Below, one piece after another: positions 10,524 to 20,493 of a stretch of 64,000 nucleotides of DNA. The position numbers were made by a program, and so were the translations under genes. Under the pieces are notes generated by a model. It was given only the letters and a program-made list of their open reading frames with translations. It ran no database searches and had not been told where the DNA came from. Every line of letters starts with the position of its first letter. Within the stretch, counting starts at the first letter, position 1. The stretch is taken from contig JAHJTE010000001.1 of assembly GCA_018830005.1 (NCBI GenBank), positions 193,332 through 257,331 of the forward strand. The letters run 5' to 3'. This stretch comes from Candidatus Omnitrophota bacterium (GTDB taxonomy: Bacteria; Omnitrophota; Gorgyraeia; JAHJTE01).

Positions 10524-10999
10524 AGAAATCAATCTCGCAGCGAAAACGAGCTGATAGGAGACCTAGTTGGGATGAGTATTTTATGGATATTGCTAAACTG
10601 GTCGGAAAACGCTCTACCTGTTTAAGAAGACGCGTGGGCGCTATCATTGTTAAGAACAGAAGGATCTTGGCAACAGGCTACAATGGAACGCCTTGCGGGA
10701 TCAGACACTGTGATGAAGTTGGCTGTATAAGGATTAAATTAAAAGTTCCAAGTGGCCAGCGCCACGAACTCTGTCGTGGTTTGCATGCAGAACAAAATGT
10801 GCTCCTGCAGGCTGCGCTTTACGGTATCAGTGTTGAGAGTGCCTCTCTCTATATTACTAATCAGCCCTGTATTATTTGTGCCAAGATGATAATAAATGCA
10901 GGAATAGAGGAAGTTGTGATTGCTGATGGTTATCCCGATACTATGGCTAAAGAATTTTTGAAAGAAGCAAAGATAAAGATAAGACGATTTAAGAAATGA
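10520..10999 (+). CDS. dCMP deaminase (ComEB-like)
   Basis: [31 protein letters not shown] zinc motifs. Confidence 0.92.
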   Translation: MKKSISQRKRADRRPSWDEYFMDIAKLVGKRSTCLRRRVGAIIVKNRRILATGYNGTPCGIRHCDEVGCIRIKLKVPSGQRHELCRGLHAEQNVLLQAALYGISVESASLYITNQPCIICAKMIINAGIEEVVIADGYPDTMAKEFLKEAKIKIRRFKK

Positions 11000-11448
11000 A
11001 ATGTCCACATTGTGGATATAAGGAAGATAAGGTAGTGGATTCGCGCTCAACCGCAGATACTACTGCTGTGCGCCGTCGCAGAGAATGCCTTAAATGCGCC
11101 AATCGTTTTACAACCTATGAATATATAGAACTGACGCCCCTTTTGGTAATAAAAAAAGACAGCCGCAGGGAGCATTTTGAACGCCAGAAGATTATTAACG
11201 GACTTCTTAAGGCATGCGAGAAGCGGCCGATAGGCATTGAGCAGTTGGAAGAACTTGTTAGCCGCATAGAAAGGACGCTGCGGCGAAAATTTGATAAAGA
11301 GGTCGACTCTAAATATATTGGCGAGCTTGTAATGGAATATTTAGCAAAGACAGATGAAGTGGCATACGTCAGATTTGCTTCTGTGTATCGACAATTCAAG
11401 GATGTAGGTCAATTTATGAAGGAGTTGAAGGTATTTCTTAATAAATAA
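10996..11448 (+). CDS. nrdR: Transcriptional repressor NrdR
   Basis: MKCPHC...RRRRECLKC zinc ribbon, ATP cone, AYVRFASVY. Confidence 0.97.
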   Translation: MKCPHCGYKEDKVVDSRSTADTTAVRRRRECLKCANRFTTYEYIELTPLLVIKKDSRREHFERQKIINGLLKACEKRPIGIEQLEELVSRIERTLRRKFDKEVDSKYIGELVMEYLAKTDEVAYVRFASVYRQFKDVGQFMKELKVFLNK

Positions 11449-11469
11449 CTTTTATATGAGGGCAACGAC

Positions 11470-11877
11470 ATGATCGAGATGGAATTAAATAAGATTATCA
11501 TTGATGAAAAAAGGCAGGAACAGGCCATAGTCTTAAAGGAAAAAAACGGAGAAAGGCTCCTGCCGATAATTATTGGATTAAATGAAGCCTCAAGCATTAA
11601 GATAAAGCTTGCGGGAGTCAACACGCCCCGGCCCATGACGCACGATTTGCTCAAAAACATTATTGAACAGCTAGGGGCGAAAGTAGTAAAGGTTGCCATA
11701 GATGCACTCCTTTCTAATACATTCCACGGTAAGATTTTTATAAACACAGAGGATGATAAACAGAAGATTATCGATGCCCGTCCTTCTGATAGTATTGCCT
11801 TGGCTGTTCGCACCAAATCCCCAATTTTTGTGGAGGAAGATGTTTTAAAAAAGGCGCAAGTCTTTAAGGGTATCTAA
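11470..11877 (+). CDS. Bifunctional nuclease family (DUF151) protein
   Basis: LPIIIGLNEA, PRPMTHDL, DARPSDSIALAVR. Confidence 0.9.
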   Translation: MIEMELNKIIIDEKRQEQAIVLKEKNGERLLPIIIGLNEASSIKIKLAGVNTPRPMTHDLLKNIIEQLGAKVVKVAIDALLSNTFHGKIFINTEDDKQKIIDARPSDSIALAVRTKSPIFVEEDVLKKAQVFKGI

Positions 11878-11890
11878 ATAACCTGCCTCT

Positions 11891-13357
11891 ATGAAACTAC
11901 GTTTATCCGACCTAAAAAAGATAAAATTTCTAAAAGATATCTTACGTTTAGCAGATAATAGCCAGATACCCATCTATTTAGTAGGTGGCTGCCTGCGTGA
12001 CTGCTTATTGTCAAGAAATCGAGAGTACCTAGATTTTGATTTTGCTTTATCAAAAGGCTCTCTAAGGTTTGCCAGGAGAGTCTCTCATAAATTAAATGCA
12101 CCCTTTGTTTTGCTCGATGAGCCGCATGGTGTAGCGCGGGTAGTATTTAAAAATAAAGATTTAATAGCCAATCTTGATTTTTCAGATTTTCGCGCTGCTA
12201 GTATTGAAGATGATTTAGGCCTGCGGGATTTTACGGTCAATGCCTTAGCTATTAAGCTCTCTGATATCTTTTCAAAAAGGATCAAGCTAAAGCAGGCGAT
12301 AATTGACCCTTGCAACGGAGTGAGTGATCTTGCAAGAAAGATGATACGTCATCTGAGCAAGGTAAGTTTCAAAGATGACCCCTTGCGCATGCTGCGTACT
12401 TTTAGCCTTTCTGGCCGCTTAGGTTTTAGGATTAAGGAATCAACAATTGAGTTGATTAAAAAAGAAAATCGTCTAATTGAGAAAATCAGCCCAGAGCGCA
12501 TTCGGGAAGAGTTGTTTAAGATTTTTTCTCATAAACACTCTTCTAATTTTATTATATCCCTGGAGAAAAGCGGACTGCTTGTGAGATTGATTCCTGAGAT
12601 AAAATTAATGCATAGACTCAAAGGCGGTGCTTATCACCACCTTGATGTCTGGAGGCATAGCTTAGAAACCCTAAGACAGCTAGAGAATATAATAGATGTA
12701 TCAATCAAGAAGGCTGATGTTCGCAAATATCTTTATGAGGAGATATCTAGTTTTCATAAACGCTTCACTCTCCTTAAATTTGCCAGTTTAATGCATGATG
12801 TCGGAAAGCCTCAAACCTTTAGCAGTAAAGGTGAAGAGATTCATTTTTATGGACATGAACGTATCGGCGCAAAAATCGCAGAAAGAATCGGTGAGCGTTT
12901 GCGCTTATCTCTAAAAGAAATAAAGATGCTCAAAACATTAATCTATTGGCATCTGCGGCCTGGTTTTATGGCAGATATCCAAGATTTAAGCCGGCGGGCA
13001 TTATTCAGATATTTCCGCGATACTGGTACTGAGGCAGCAAGCGTTGCCTTGCTTTCTTTGGCAGATCAGCGTGCAACCAGAGGCAGGCTAAAGAGAGGTC
13101 CAGATAGAAAAAGTCACGAACAGCTTATAAGACTACTTCTGCGCCACTATTTTAGCAAGGCAAAAAAGAGAAATAAGCCGCCATTTATCAATGGTCATGA
13201 TGTTATACGCAGTCTGCGTTTAAAACCAGGGCCTTTAATTGGCAGGATTTTAAATGAGGTAAATGAGGCTCAGGCAGAAGGTGTATTAAGGAATAAACGC
13301 CAGGCGCTCTTATGGGCGAAGAAATTTTATAAAAAAATAAATAAACTCGAGGCATAA
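11891..13357 (+). CDS. CCA-adding/poly(A) polymerase family nucleotidyltransferase with HD domain
   Basis: [37 protein letters not shown]. Confidence 0.9.
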   Translation: MKLRLSDLKKIKFLKDILRLADNSQIPIYLVGGCLRDCLLSRNREYLDFDFALSKGSLRFARRVSHKLNAPFVLLDEPHGVARVVFKNKDLIANLDFSDFRAASIEDDLGLRDFTVNALAIKLSDIFSKRIKLKQAIIDPCNGVSDLARKMIRHLSKVSFKDDPLRMLRTFSLSGRLGFRIKESTIELIKKENRLIEKISPERIREELFKIFSHKHSSNFIISLEKSGLLVRLIPEIKLMHRLKGGAYHHLDVWRHSLETLRQLENIIDVSIKKADVRKYLYEEISSFHKRFTLLKFASLMHDVGKPQTFSSKGEEIHFYGHERIGAKIAERIGERLRLSLKEIKMLKTLIYWHLRPGFMADIQDLSRRALFRYFRDTGTEAASVALLSLADQRATRGRLKRGPDRKSHEQLIRLLLRHYFSKAKKRNKPPFINGHDVIRSLRLKPGPLIGRILNEVNEAQAEGVLRNKRQALLWAKKFYKKINKLEA

Positions 13358-13359
13358 TT

Positions 13360-14121
13360 ATGGATTTTAAATATAAGAATACTACTATAAAGATAGTCAA
13401 GGCCGATATTAGTACGTTAAAGGCAGAAAAAATTGTTAGGTTTGATATAGGTCAGGATGAAGTAAAAATTCGAAAAGATTGTTTTGCTGCATTAGATGCT
13501 GCCAATAAAAGCAAATTGAAGACACTTATATTTGCGCCGTCAAATTATAAGGCAGAAAGACATTGGTTTGAGATTAGCGCAAAGATTATGGCCCAGGAGA
13601 TATTTAAGCACATTAAAGATAGAGATGCTAGTTTAAGAGAAATCACATTTGCACTTAATGATGAGACCTGCTTTGCTTGTTTTAAAGACAACGCCCCAGG
13701 ATATATTAAATACATTACTTATAAACTTTCAAAAGGGCCATTTTCTACTATTGATATTATTATTAAAGTTAAAGGCGGCATTATTTTGATAGAAAGAAGC
13801 AATCCTCCCTTTGGCTGGGCATTGCCAGGTGGATTTCTTGATTATGGAGAGAGTTTAGAGGAGGCAGCAATACGCGAGGCAAAAGAAGAGACAGGTCTGG
13901 ACATATATGATCTGGCTCAGTTCCGCGCCTATTCTGAACCTGATAGAGATCCTCGTTTTCACACAGTTTCGAATGTGTTCACTGCCAAGGCCAAGGGTAA
14001 ACCTTGCGCTTCTTCTGACGCCAAGGCTGTGGGAATATTTGACTATAGCAAGATAAAGAATATGCAACTTGCCTTTGATCACAATAAGATTATATCGGAT
14101 TATTTTAATGCTCATAATTGA
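13360..14121 (+). CDS. NUDIX hydrolase (ADP-ribose pyrophosphatase-like) with degenerate N-terminal macro-like domain
   Basis: [28 protein letters not shown] Nudix box, RDPR, LAFDH; N-terminal IKIVKADIS resembles the start of a macro domain. Confidence 0.85.
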   Translation: MDFKYKNTTIKIVKADISTLKAEKIVRFDIGQDEVKIRKDCFAALDAANKSKLKTLIFAPSNYKAERHWFEISAKIMAQEIFKHIKDRDASLREITFALNDETCFACFKDNAPGYIKYITYKLSKGPFSTIDIIIKVKGGIILIERSNPPFGWALPGGFLDYGESLEEAAIREAKEETGLDIYDLAQFRAYSEPDRDPRFHTVSNVFTAKAKGKPCASSDAKAVGIFDYSKIKNMQLAFDHNKIISDYFNAHN

Positions 14122-15160
14122 CGGGGATTACTCTGAGGGTGGCGGGCAAATCCTGCGTACTGCAGTTGCACTTTCTATAATTACCAGACAGCCCCTTAAG
14201 GTAATCAATATTAGAAAGCGAAGACCCAAGCCTGGTTTAAGACCTCAGCATTTAGCTGTTCTTAAGGCGTTAGCTGAAATTAGTAAGGCGACTACGAGTG
14301 GTTTTGATATCGGATCGCAAGAGATAGAATTTGAACCAACTTATTTTGCTAGCTTAGATTCTCAACTTGAAATAGACACCCAAACATCAGCTGCTATAGG
14401 TCTAGTATTACAGCCTTTATTGTTGGTAGCTGCTTTTGCAACGTCCGGACTTTTATGTCGTATTTATGGAGGCACATCTGGTTTGGGTGCCATGCCCGTT
14501 GATTATTACAAAGATATAATTTTACCTGTTTTAAGGCATATTGGTTTAAGAGTTGATTTAGAGATTATTCGTTATGGTTTTTATCCTAAAGGCGGTGGGC
14601 AAGTCAGTCTGTTTGTAGATGGCATCAAGAGCAGCAAACCTTTAATCAGAGAAACTCAAGGAAAAATCAAAAATATTAATGGTTTAAGTGTTGCCAGTAA
14701 AGAACTAGCAGACAAGGAGGTAGCTCAGCGACAGGCAAAGGCTGGCGAAGATTATCTTAAGAGAAGTTTTGATTGTCCGATTAAGATAGATTCACTTTAT
14801 GTAGATACTGAGTCTGTTGGTTCGCAGATTAGTCTTTTTGCCCATACTAATAAAGGCGTGCGTTTGGGCGCTGATGCAAGAGGTGAAAAGGGCAAGGCCT
14901 CAGAAAGCGTTGGAAGGGATGCAGCATGCCTCTTGGAAGAAGAGATAGCCAGCGGTGCTGCTGTAGATAGACATCTTGCAGATAACCTTATTCCTTGGCT
15001 TGCGCTTTTAGGCGGCAGACTAAAAATCGCAAGATTGACTAGCCACACAAAAACCAATATCTGGGTTTGTGAGCAATTTTTTGGTAAAATATTTAGGGTA
15101 GAAGAAAATGAGGTGTCAACAGGAGGATGTTATGCGGCCATTAAAAAAGCAAAAGTATAA
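14108..15160 (+). CDS. rtcA: RNA 3'-terminal phosphate cyclase
   Basis: [48 protein letters not shown]; ATG 14108 preferred to the upstream start. Confidence 0.95.
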   Translation: MLIIDGDYSEGGGQILRTAVALSIITRQPLKVINIRKRRPKPGLRPQHLAVLKALAEISKATTSGFDIGSQEIEFEPTYFASLDSQLEIDTQTSAAIGLVLQPLLLVAAFATSGLLCRIYGGTSGLGAMPVDYYKDIILPVLRHIGLRVDLEIIRYGFYPKGGGQVSLFVDGIKSSKPLIRETQGKIKNINGLSVASKELADKEVAQRQAKAGEDYLKRSFDCPIKIDSLYVDTESVGSQISLFAHTNKGVRLGADARGEKGKASESVGRDAACLLEEEIASGAAVDRHLADNLIPWLALLGGRLKIARLTSHTKTNIWVCEQFFGKIFRVEENEVSTGGCYAAIKKAKV

Positions 15161-15278
15161 ATTTGATATTAAAAGAATAAGTGCGGAGAATAAAGATGTA
15201 AAGAAGGATAAAGATTTAACGCCGCGTGAGCTTTTTGATGAGATTGTAAGAACAAAATCCAGAAGGAGACATAGGTAA
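15132..15278 (+). CDS. Small basic hypothetical protein (48 aa), not in ORF track
   Basis: AGGAGG at 15121-15126; [48 protein letters not shown]; stop ends 1 nt before next ATG. Confidence 0.6.
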   Translation: MRPLKKQKYKFDIKRISAENKDVKKDKDLTPRELFDEIVRTKSRRRHR

Positions 15279-15279
15279 G

Positions 15280-16215
15280 ATGGCTGAAAGGAAAGAACTT
15301 AAAGATATTTTAGAGAATTTCTATCAGCTGCTTTATCAGAGATTTGGTCCGCAGCACTGGTGGCCGGCAAAGACGCCATTTGAGGTTATTGTAGGCGCAA
15401 TCCTAACCCAGAATACTAACTGGGCAAATGTAGAAAAGGCGATTCTTAATTTGAAGAGGGCCAAGCTTATTTTTCCTCGCAAGCTACGTAAGGTCTCGAT
15501 AAAGAGATTAGCAAGATTAATAAGGCCGGCAGGCTACTTTAATATAAAGGCGCGCCGAGTTAAAAATTTTATCAATTTTCTTTTTAGTCGTTACGGAGGT
15601 AGTCTATCGAGGATGTTTAATGTTGATCCCTGGAGTCTGCGGGCAGAGCTCTTGACGGTTCCAGGTATTGGTCCTGAGACTGCAGATTCAATACTTCTTT
15701 ATGCAGGAGATAAACCTGTGTTTGTAATCGATGCCTATACGCGGCGCTTTCTCTCGAGGCATAATATTATTGAGGCAGATGCCACCTATTCGCAGGCACA
15801 GGATATATTCTTGGACAATCTGCAGATAGACGTAAATTTATTTAAAGAATTTCATGCCTTAATTGTTCGTTTGGCCAAGGAGTCTTGTAAGACTAATCCC
15901 CAGTGTCAGGGATGTGCACTGGAGGAGGCGATGAAGGATATAGAATATATCTGTGACTCTTGCGGTAGCGAGCTGAAACATCCGCGCCAGCGCTATAACT
16001 GTAAAATTCAATTGTATGCCTCGCCTAAGGTGGAATTGACCAAAGAAGATTTAAAGAAAGACACCCAGATTGAATTGCGTCGGCTACTTAGGCAGCTTGA
16101 AACTATGGATCCAAAGAGATTAGAGGAACAGGTATTCGTCTCTTATAAGTTAATACTTTGCAAAAAATGCCGCGATATATTCAATGAACGCATAAAACAT
16201 AAAGAGTTTGTCTAA
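15280..16215 (+). CDS. Endonuclease III-like HhH-GPD glycosylase fused to C-terminal Zn-ribbon-like domain
   Basis: GAILTQNT, GIGPETADSIL, VIDAY, CKTNPQCQGC; extra domain CDSC...CKKC. Confidence 0.88.
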   Translation: MAERKELKDILENFYQLLYQRFGPQHWWPAKTPFEVIVGAILTQNTNWANVEKAILNLKRAKLIFPRKLRKVSIKRLARLIRPAGYFNIKARRVKNFINFLFSRYGGSLSRMFNVDPWSLRAELLTVPGIGPETADSILLYAGDKPVFVIDAYTRRFLSRHNIIEADATYSQAQDIFLDNLQIDVNLFKEFHALIVRLAKESCKTNPQCQGCALEEAMKDIEYICDSCGSELKHPRQRYNCKIQLYASPKVELTKEDLKKDTQIELRRLLRQLETMDPKRLEEQVFVSYKLILCKKCRDIFNERIKHKEFV

Positions 16216-16230
16216 CAACTTAGGGTTAAG

Positions 16231-17301
16231 ATGAAGATTGGCATAATTGGTCTACCCCAAACTGGTAAGAAAACCCTCTTTGGTCTTTTGACTGAATCAA
16301 GGCACGATAAAGATGCTGATGTTAAACGGCCGCTTACTGGTATAGCCCGAATAAGAGAGCCTCGCCTTGATTTATTAGTAGACGTTTATAAGCCTAAGAA
16401 GTACCAGCAGGCCAGGATTGAGGTTGCACTCCTGGAGACGATTGAGAAAGATTCAATATCGAGTGGAAAAATCTTTAAGGATATTTTTGATATGGACGCC
16501 ATCTGTCATGTTGTAAGGGCGTTTGGCGATGATACCATATATCATGTAAACGGCGAAGTCAATCCTGAGCGCGATATCAAGACAATCAACGACGAGCTGA
16601 TTATGCACGATTCGATTTTTATTGAAAAGCGCTTAGAAAGGATTGAGAATGATAAGACCAAGAGCAATAGTGACATTTTGGCCAAAGAGAAAATCCTGCT
16701 TTTAAAATTAAAAGAGCATCTTGAGAAGGAATTGCCGCTTCGATTGTTTAAGCTAGAGCAAGAAGAGAAGAAGATCTTAACAAGTTATCCTTTGTTGAGT
16801 TTTAAAGAAGTGGTTACACTGCTTAATATTAACGAAAATGATTTGAAGGATGAGACCCTGCTTAAAAAACTACAAAATAAGTTTGCCTCTGATAAACAAT
16901 TGTTTATGCAGGCCTGTTTAAAGATCGAAGCAGAGATAGCCTCATTGGATTCAGATCAAGAAAGATCAGAGTTCCTTAGAGACTTAGGGATTGGTGAATC
17001 TGCGCTTGAGTGTTTAAGCCGCATATCTATACAGGCATTAGGCCTTATATCTTTTTTTACGGTGGTTTCCTCTGAAGTTAGGCAGTGGACTATTAAAGCA
17101 GGCTCCAATATTCTAGATGCAGCCGGAGCAATACATAAAGATATGCAACGCGGTTTTATCAGAGCCGAGATTATTAAATTTGCCGATTTAAAGCAATTGG
17201 GAAGTGAGGAGGCAGTTAAGGCTGCTGGAAAATTCTGCCTAAAGGGTAAGGATTATATAGTTGAAGACGGTGATATTATAAAAGTGAGATTCAGTGTTTA
17301 A
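16231..17301 (+). CDS. ychF: Divergent YchF/OLA1-family ATPase
   Basis: GIIGLPQTGK, HVVRAF, AGAIHKDMQRGFIRAE, GKDYIVEDGDII TGS tail. Confidence 0.88.
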   Translation: MKIGIIGLPQTGKKTLFGLLTESRHDKDADVKRPLTGIARIREPRLDLLVDVYKPKKYQQARIEVALLETIEKDSISSGKIFKDIFDMDAICHVVRAFGDDTIYHVNGEVNPERDIKTINDELIMHDSIFIEKRLERIENDKTKSNSDILAKEKILLLKLKEHLEKELPLRLFKLEQEEKKILTSYPLLSFKEVVTLLNINENDLKDETLLKKLQNKFASDKQLFMQACLKIEAEIASLDSDQERSEFLRDLGIGESALECLSRISIQALGLISFFTVVSSEVRQWTIKAGSNILDAAGAIHKDMQRGFIRAEIIKFADLKQLGSEEAVKAAGKFCLKGKDYIVEDGDIIKVRFSV

Positions 17302-17303
17302 TT

Positions 17304-18263
17304 ATGATGTTAGTTAATCTTTTATTTCTATTAATCGGTTTGTTTTTACTGTTTAAAGGCGGGGAGCTCTTTGTTGATTCTAGTGTAGGCATATCCCGTA
17401 TTCTAAAGATGCCAAGACTCATTATCGGGGCAACAATTGTAAGCATTGCTACAACACTACCTGAGCTGACAGTATCCGCTCTTTCATCTTTTAAAGGGGA
17501 GCCTGGTCTTGCTATTGGCAACGCTGTTGGCTCCTGTATTGCCAATATTGGTCTGATTATTGGCCTTGTCTGCCTAGTAAAAGGTGCTCTTATTTTTAGG
17601 AAAGACGAAGTTATCTTTCCTTTGCGCGCCATGCTTTTAACTTCATCTATTATTTTTATCTTAACCCTGCCGTTAAAAATTCATCGAGTCTCTGGTTTTG
17701 TTCTTATTGCCTTTGCCATTGTCTTTCTTATTCTTAATATAAAAAAGCGTGCATCCGCCAATCAAGCTAAAGATCTTAGATTTTCTGATAGGAAAGAATC
17801 ACTGTCTCGATGTATTATTTTTTTCATAATTGGCATCTTGTTAATATTATTGGGAAGCCGCTTTCTTGTTTCTTCAGCAGTAGCCATTGCATATTTTTTT
17901 GGTATATCTCCTACTGTGATAGGCCTGACAATAGCTGCAGTGGGGACATCATTGCCAGAGCTTGTTACTGCCTTTGTCTCTGTCAGGAAGAATGAGACGG
18001 ATTTGTCTTTAGGTAATATTATCGGCGCAAATGTCTTGAATATGACTCTTGTTATTGGAGGGGCTGCCTGTATTAATCCCCTATATTTGAGCCGTTTTAC
18101 GCAAATTTACTCAATACCAGTAATGCTATTGATTAGTTCTGTTCTTGCGTTTTTTATTTTAAGGCGAAAGCAATTAACGCATAAAGAGGGTAAGATTATT
18201 CTTACTTTGTATGTTATATATATTTTTGGTTTAATTCTTGCTACATTGGCCGGGATCAGATAG
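17304..18263 (+). CDS. Calcium/sodium antiporter (CaCA/YrbG)
   Basis: Two alpha repeats TTLPEL...GNAVGS and GTSLPEL...GNIIGAN; many TM segments. Confidence 0.93.
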   Translation: MMLVNLLFLLIGLFLLFKGGELFVDSSVGISRILKMPRLIIGATIVSIATTLPELTVSALSSFKGEPGLAIGNAVGSCIANIGLIIGLVCLVKGALIFRKDEVIFPLRAMLLTSSIIFILTLPLKIHRVSGFVLIAFAIVFLILNIKKRASANQAKDLRFSDRKESLSRCIIFFIIGILLILLGSRFLVSSAVAIAYFFGISPTVIGLTIAAVGTSLPELVTAFVSVRKNETDLSLGNIIGANVLNMTLVIGGAACINPLYLSRFTQIYSIPVMLLISSVLAFFILRRKQLTHKEGKIILTLYVIYIFGLILATLAGIR

Positions 18264-18276
18264 GCCCTAGGAATAC

Positions 18277-18305
18277 TTGATTATAAGTTAATAAAGGTAT
18301 AGAAT
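18277..18305 (+). promoter_or_regulatory. sigma70-like promoter TTGATT-17-TAGAAT
   Basis: Consensus-like hexamers with 17-bp spacer upstream of AAGGAGG RBS and ATG 18373. Confidence 0.55.
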
Positions 18306-18372
18306 AAAAGAAGCCATAATTTAGCGATCAGGAATTGTAAACTAAATTATCTGTTTATTAAAGGAGGATAAA

Positions 18373-19419
18373 ATGGATTCAATAATGGGATTTTTTCTTA
18401 ATATCTTTTCGCCTCAGATTTTCTGGCCTATTATTGGCGTTATTAGTATTGGCTTTATACTTGTAGTTGCCTTTTCAATTATTGGAGAGGGCAAGAGCAA
18501 AAAGAAAGATGAAGATATGACTAAGAGGCTAGAGTTGTTTGAAAAGGATATAACTGAGAAGGATGCTGAAACTAAAAATTTAAAAGATAAATACAAGGCT
18601 AAAGAAGGAGATTATTGTCGGCAGTTAACAAAATTGGAAGAGCAGATTAGTGAAAATGAAGCCAACAGGGCAAAGATTAATAGCCTGGAAGCTGAATTGA
18701 AGCAAAAAGATGCATCATCACAGAAAGATAGGGCGCTGCAAGAAGGTTTCGACAAGAAAACTAAAGAGGCTCAATTAGAAATAGAGAAGGCGAAGAAGGA
18801 AGCCACTTTAAAGCTTGAGATGTATAATGGTCTCAAAAGCCAGTATGACGAGTTAGAAACCCAGATGACGGCTAAGGTAAAGGAGTTAGAGGAAGCAATA
18901 GCGAAAAAAAATAGTTTTCAGGAAGAGGTTGCGAAACTAAAGAGTAAATTAAGCGAACAAGCTAAGGTTATTGAGCAGCATAAGAAAGAGCAGGCCCAAG
19001 TAAAAAAAGAAGTCAAGCCAGAAGCAGTACAGCCTGCGCCTAGTGAGAGTAAACAGCCTGCGAAGCAGGGTGAGGGCGTTTCAGTATCAGATGCCTTAAA
19101 GAAATCAGAGCCTGTTCCTAAGCAGGAGGAAAAGGAAAAGAAAGAGCAGGCCCAAGTAAAAAAAGAAGTCAAGCCAGAAGCAGTACAGCCTGCGCCTAGT
19201 GAGAGTAAGCAGCCTGAGGGTGCTTCAGTCTCTGATGCTTTAAAGAAGTCAAGGCCTGCTCCTAAAACTGAGGCGAAAGTAAGACTGGCCCAGGTCATGC
19301 AGGAGGCAGCAAAGGTTGCCATAAAAAGAGATGATAAGCTAAAGCAGGAAAAATCCAAAACGGAAGAAGAAAACAAGGCCAAAGAGCAAGAGAAAGATAA
19401 TAATCCCACCGGTCCTTAA
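18373..19419 (+). CDS. Membrane-anchored coiled-coil hypothetical protein with repeated Pro/Lys/Glu-rich tail
   Basis: N-terminal TM segment, heptad-rich K/E region, duplicated ~45-aa unit; strong RBS. Confidence 0.8.
   Translation: MDSIMGFFLNIFSPQIFWPIIGVISIGFILVVAFSIIGEGKSKKKDEDMTKRLELFEKDITEKDAETKNLKDKYKAKEGDYCRQLTKLEEQISENEANRAKINSLEAELKQKDASSQKDRALQEGFDKKTKEAQLEIEKAKKEATLKLEMYNGLKSQYDELETQMTAKVKELEEAIAKKNSFQEEVAKLKSKLSEQAKVIEQHKKEQAQVKKEVKPEAVQPAPSESKQPAKQGEGVSVSDALKKSEPVPKQEEKEKKEQAQVKKEVKPEAVQPAPSESKQPEGASVSDALKKSRPAPKTEAKVRLAQVMQEAAKVAIKRDDKLKQEKSKTEEENKAKEQEKDNNPTGP
18982..19266 (+). repeat. Intragenic direct repeat (two copies, 156-bp offset)
   Basis: 18982-19052 identical to 19138-19208, then diverged continuation (SVSDALKKS in both copies). 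Confidence 0.9.
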
Positions 19420-19452
19420 GGATCTAGGCAGTAAAATTTCTTTTATTTTTTT

Positions 19453-20178
19453 ATGCGTTTATATGGTAAGAATTCTATATTGGAGCGCTTAAAGAGTGCC
19501 CCCCAGACAATAAATAAGATTTATATAAAGAAAGGTCTTAATCTAGAGGCAATCGTAAAACTTGCGCGCGATAAGGAAATTGCCTTTATCCATATGCCGG
19601 ATAAGAAATTCTTTAATTTCACTAGCGGCATTCATTGTCAGGGAGTAGTGGCGGAGGTTGATAAGTTTGCCTATAACTTTTTGGAAGATTTCCTTAATCG
19701 TCCCAAGCAAGAACTGCTTTCACTTGTTTTCTTAGATAATGTATGTGATCCTCAGAATCTTGGTGGTATCTTGCGAACGCTGGCTTGTTTTGGAGGATTT
19801 GCTTTAGTCATACCTAGGCACAAGAGCGCTGCTGTTAATGATACTGTTTTGAAGGTTGCCTGCGGAGGAGAAAGCTTTGTACCTGTAGCACAAGTTTCTA
19901 ATCTTTCAGTTGCCATTGAGCTTGTAAAAAAAAGTGGTTATTGGGTTGCGGGTGCTGTAACTGAAGCAGGCAAGGATTTGTTAGATATGGAGTTGCCGTT
20001 TCCACTGGCAATAGTTATCGGTTCAGAAGGAAAAGGCATTCGTCCAGGTGTAGCTAATCATATTGATTTAGGCCTTACTCTTCCCATGCCTGGTACGCGG
20101 CTGTCTTTTAATGTAGCAACGGCCACAGCCATTTTTTGCTATGAAATCTTCAGGCAAAAGAGTAAAGGGAAAAGATAG
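19453..20178 (+). CDS. rlmB: 23S rRNA Gm2251 methyltransferase (TrmH/SpoU family)
   Basis: HCQGVVA, LDNVCDPQNLG, IGSEGKG, SFNVA. Confidence 0.88.
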   Translation: MRLYGKNSILERLKSAPQTINKIYIKKGLNLEAIVKLARDKEIAFIHMPDKKFFNFTSGIHCQGVVAEVDKFAYNFLEDFLNRPKQELLSLVFLDNVCDPQNLGGILRTLACFGGFALVIPRHKSAAVNDTVLKVACGGESFVPVAQVSNLSVAIELVKKSGYWVAGAVTEAGKDLLDMELPFPLAIVIGSEGKGIRPGVANHIDLGLTLPMPGTRLSFNVATATAIFCYEIFRQKSKGKR

Positions 20179-20200
20179 ATTTAGCAAAAGGAGGGTTGCC

Positions 20201-20437
20201 ATGTCTGCAAAAGGAATGGTTCTAGTAAAACTTGCTCCGGGAGAAGAGAAGCAGGCGATCGAAGGGATAAGAAAGGTGCCCGGCGTTAATGACGTTACTG
20301 GAGTTTTTGGGGCCTGGGATGCAGTTTGCCATGTTGAAGGTGTGGATTTAAAGACTCTGGCTTCAGTAGTGGTAGAGAGGATTCGCGGTCTGCGGGGAGT
20401 CGTCGAGACTGAGACGCTTATTGAAGTGAAATTGTAG
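20201..20437 (+). CDS. Stand-alone Lrp/AsnC ligand-binding domain protein
   Basis: GVFGAWDAV, IRGLRGVVETETLI pattern; GGAGG RBS before ATG 20201. Confidence 0.85.
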   Translation: MSAKGMVLVKLAPGEEKQAIEGIRKVPGVNDVTGVFGAWDAVCHVEGVDLKTLASVVVERIRGLRGVVETETLIEVKL

Positions 20438-20493
20438 TATAGATACGAGATTATTAGTTTTGCCTCTTGGTTTTGGTAAGTTAAGGATAGACT

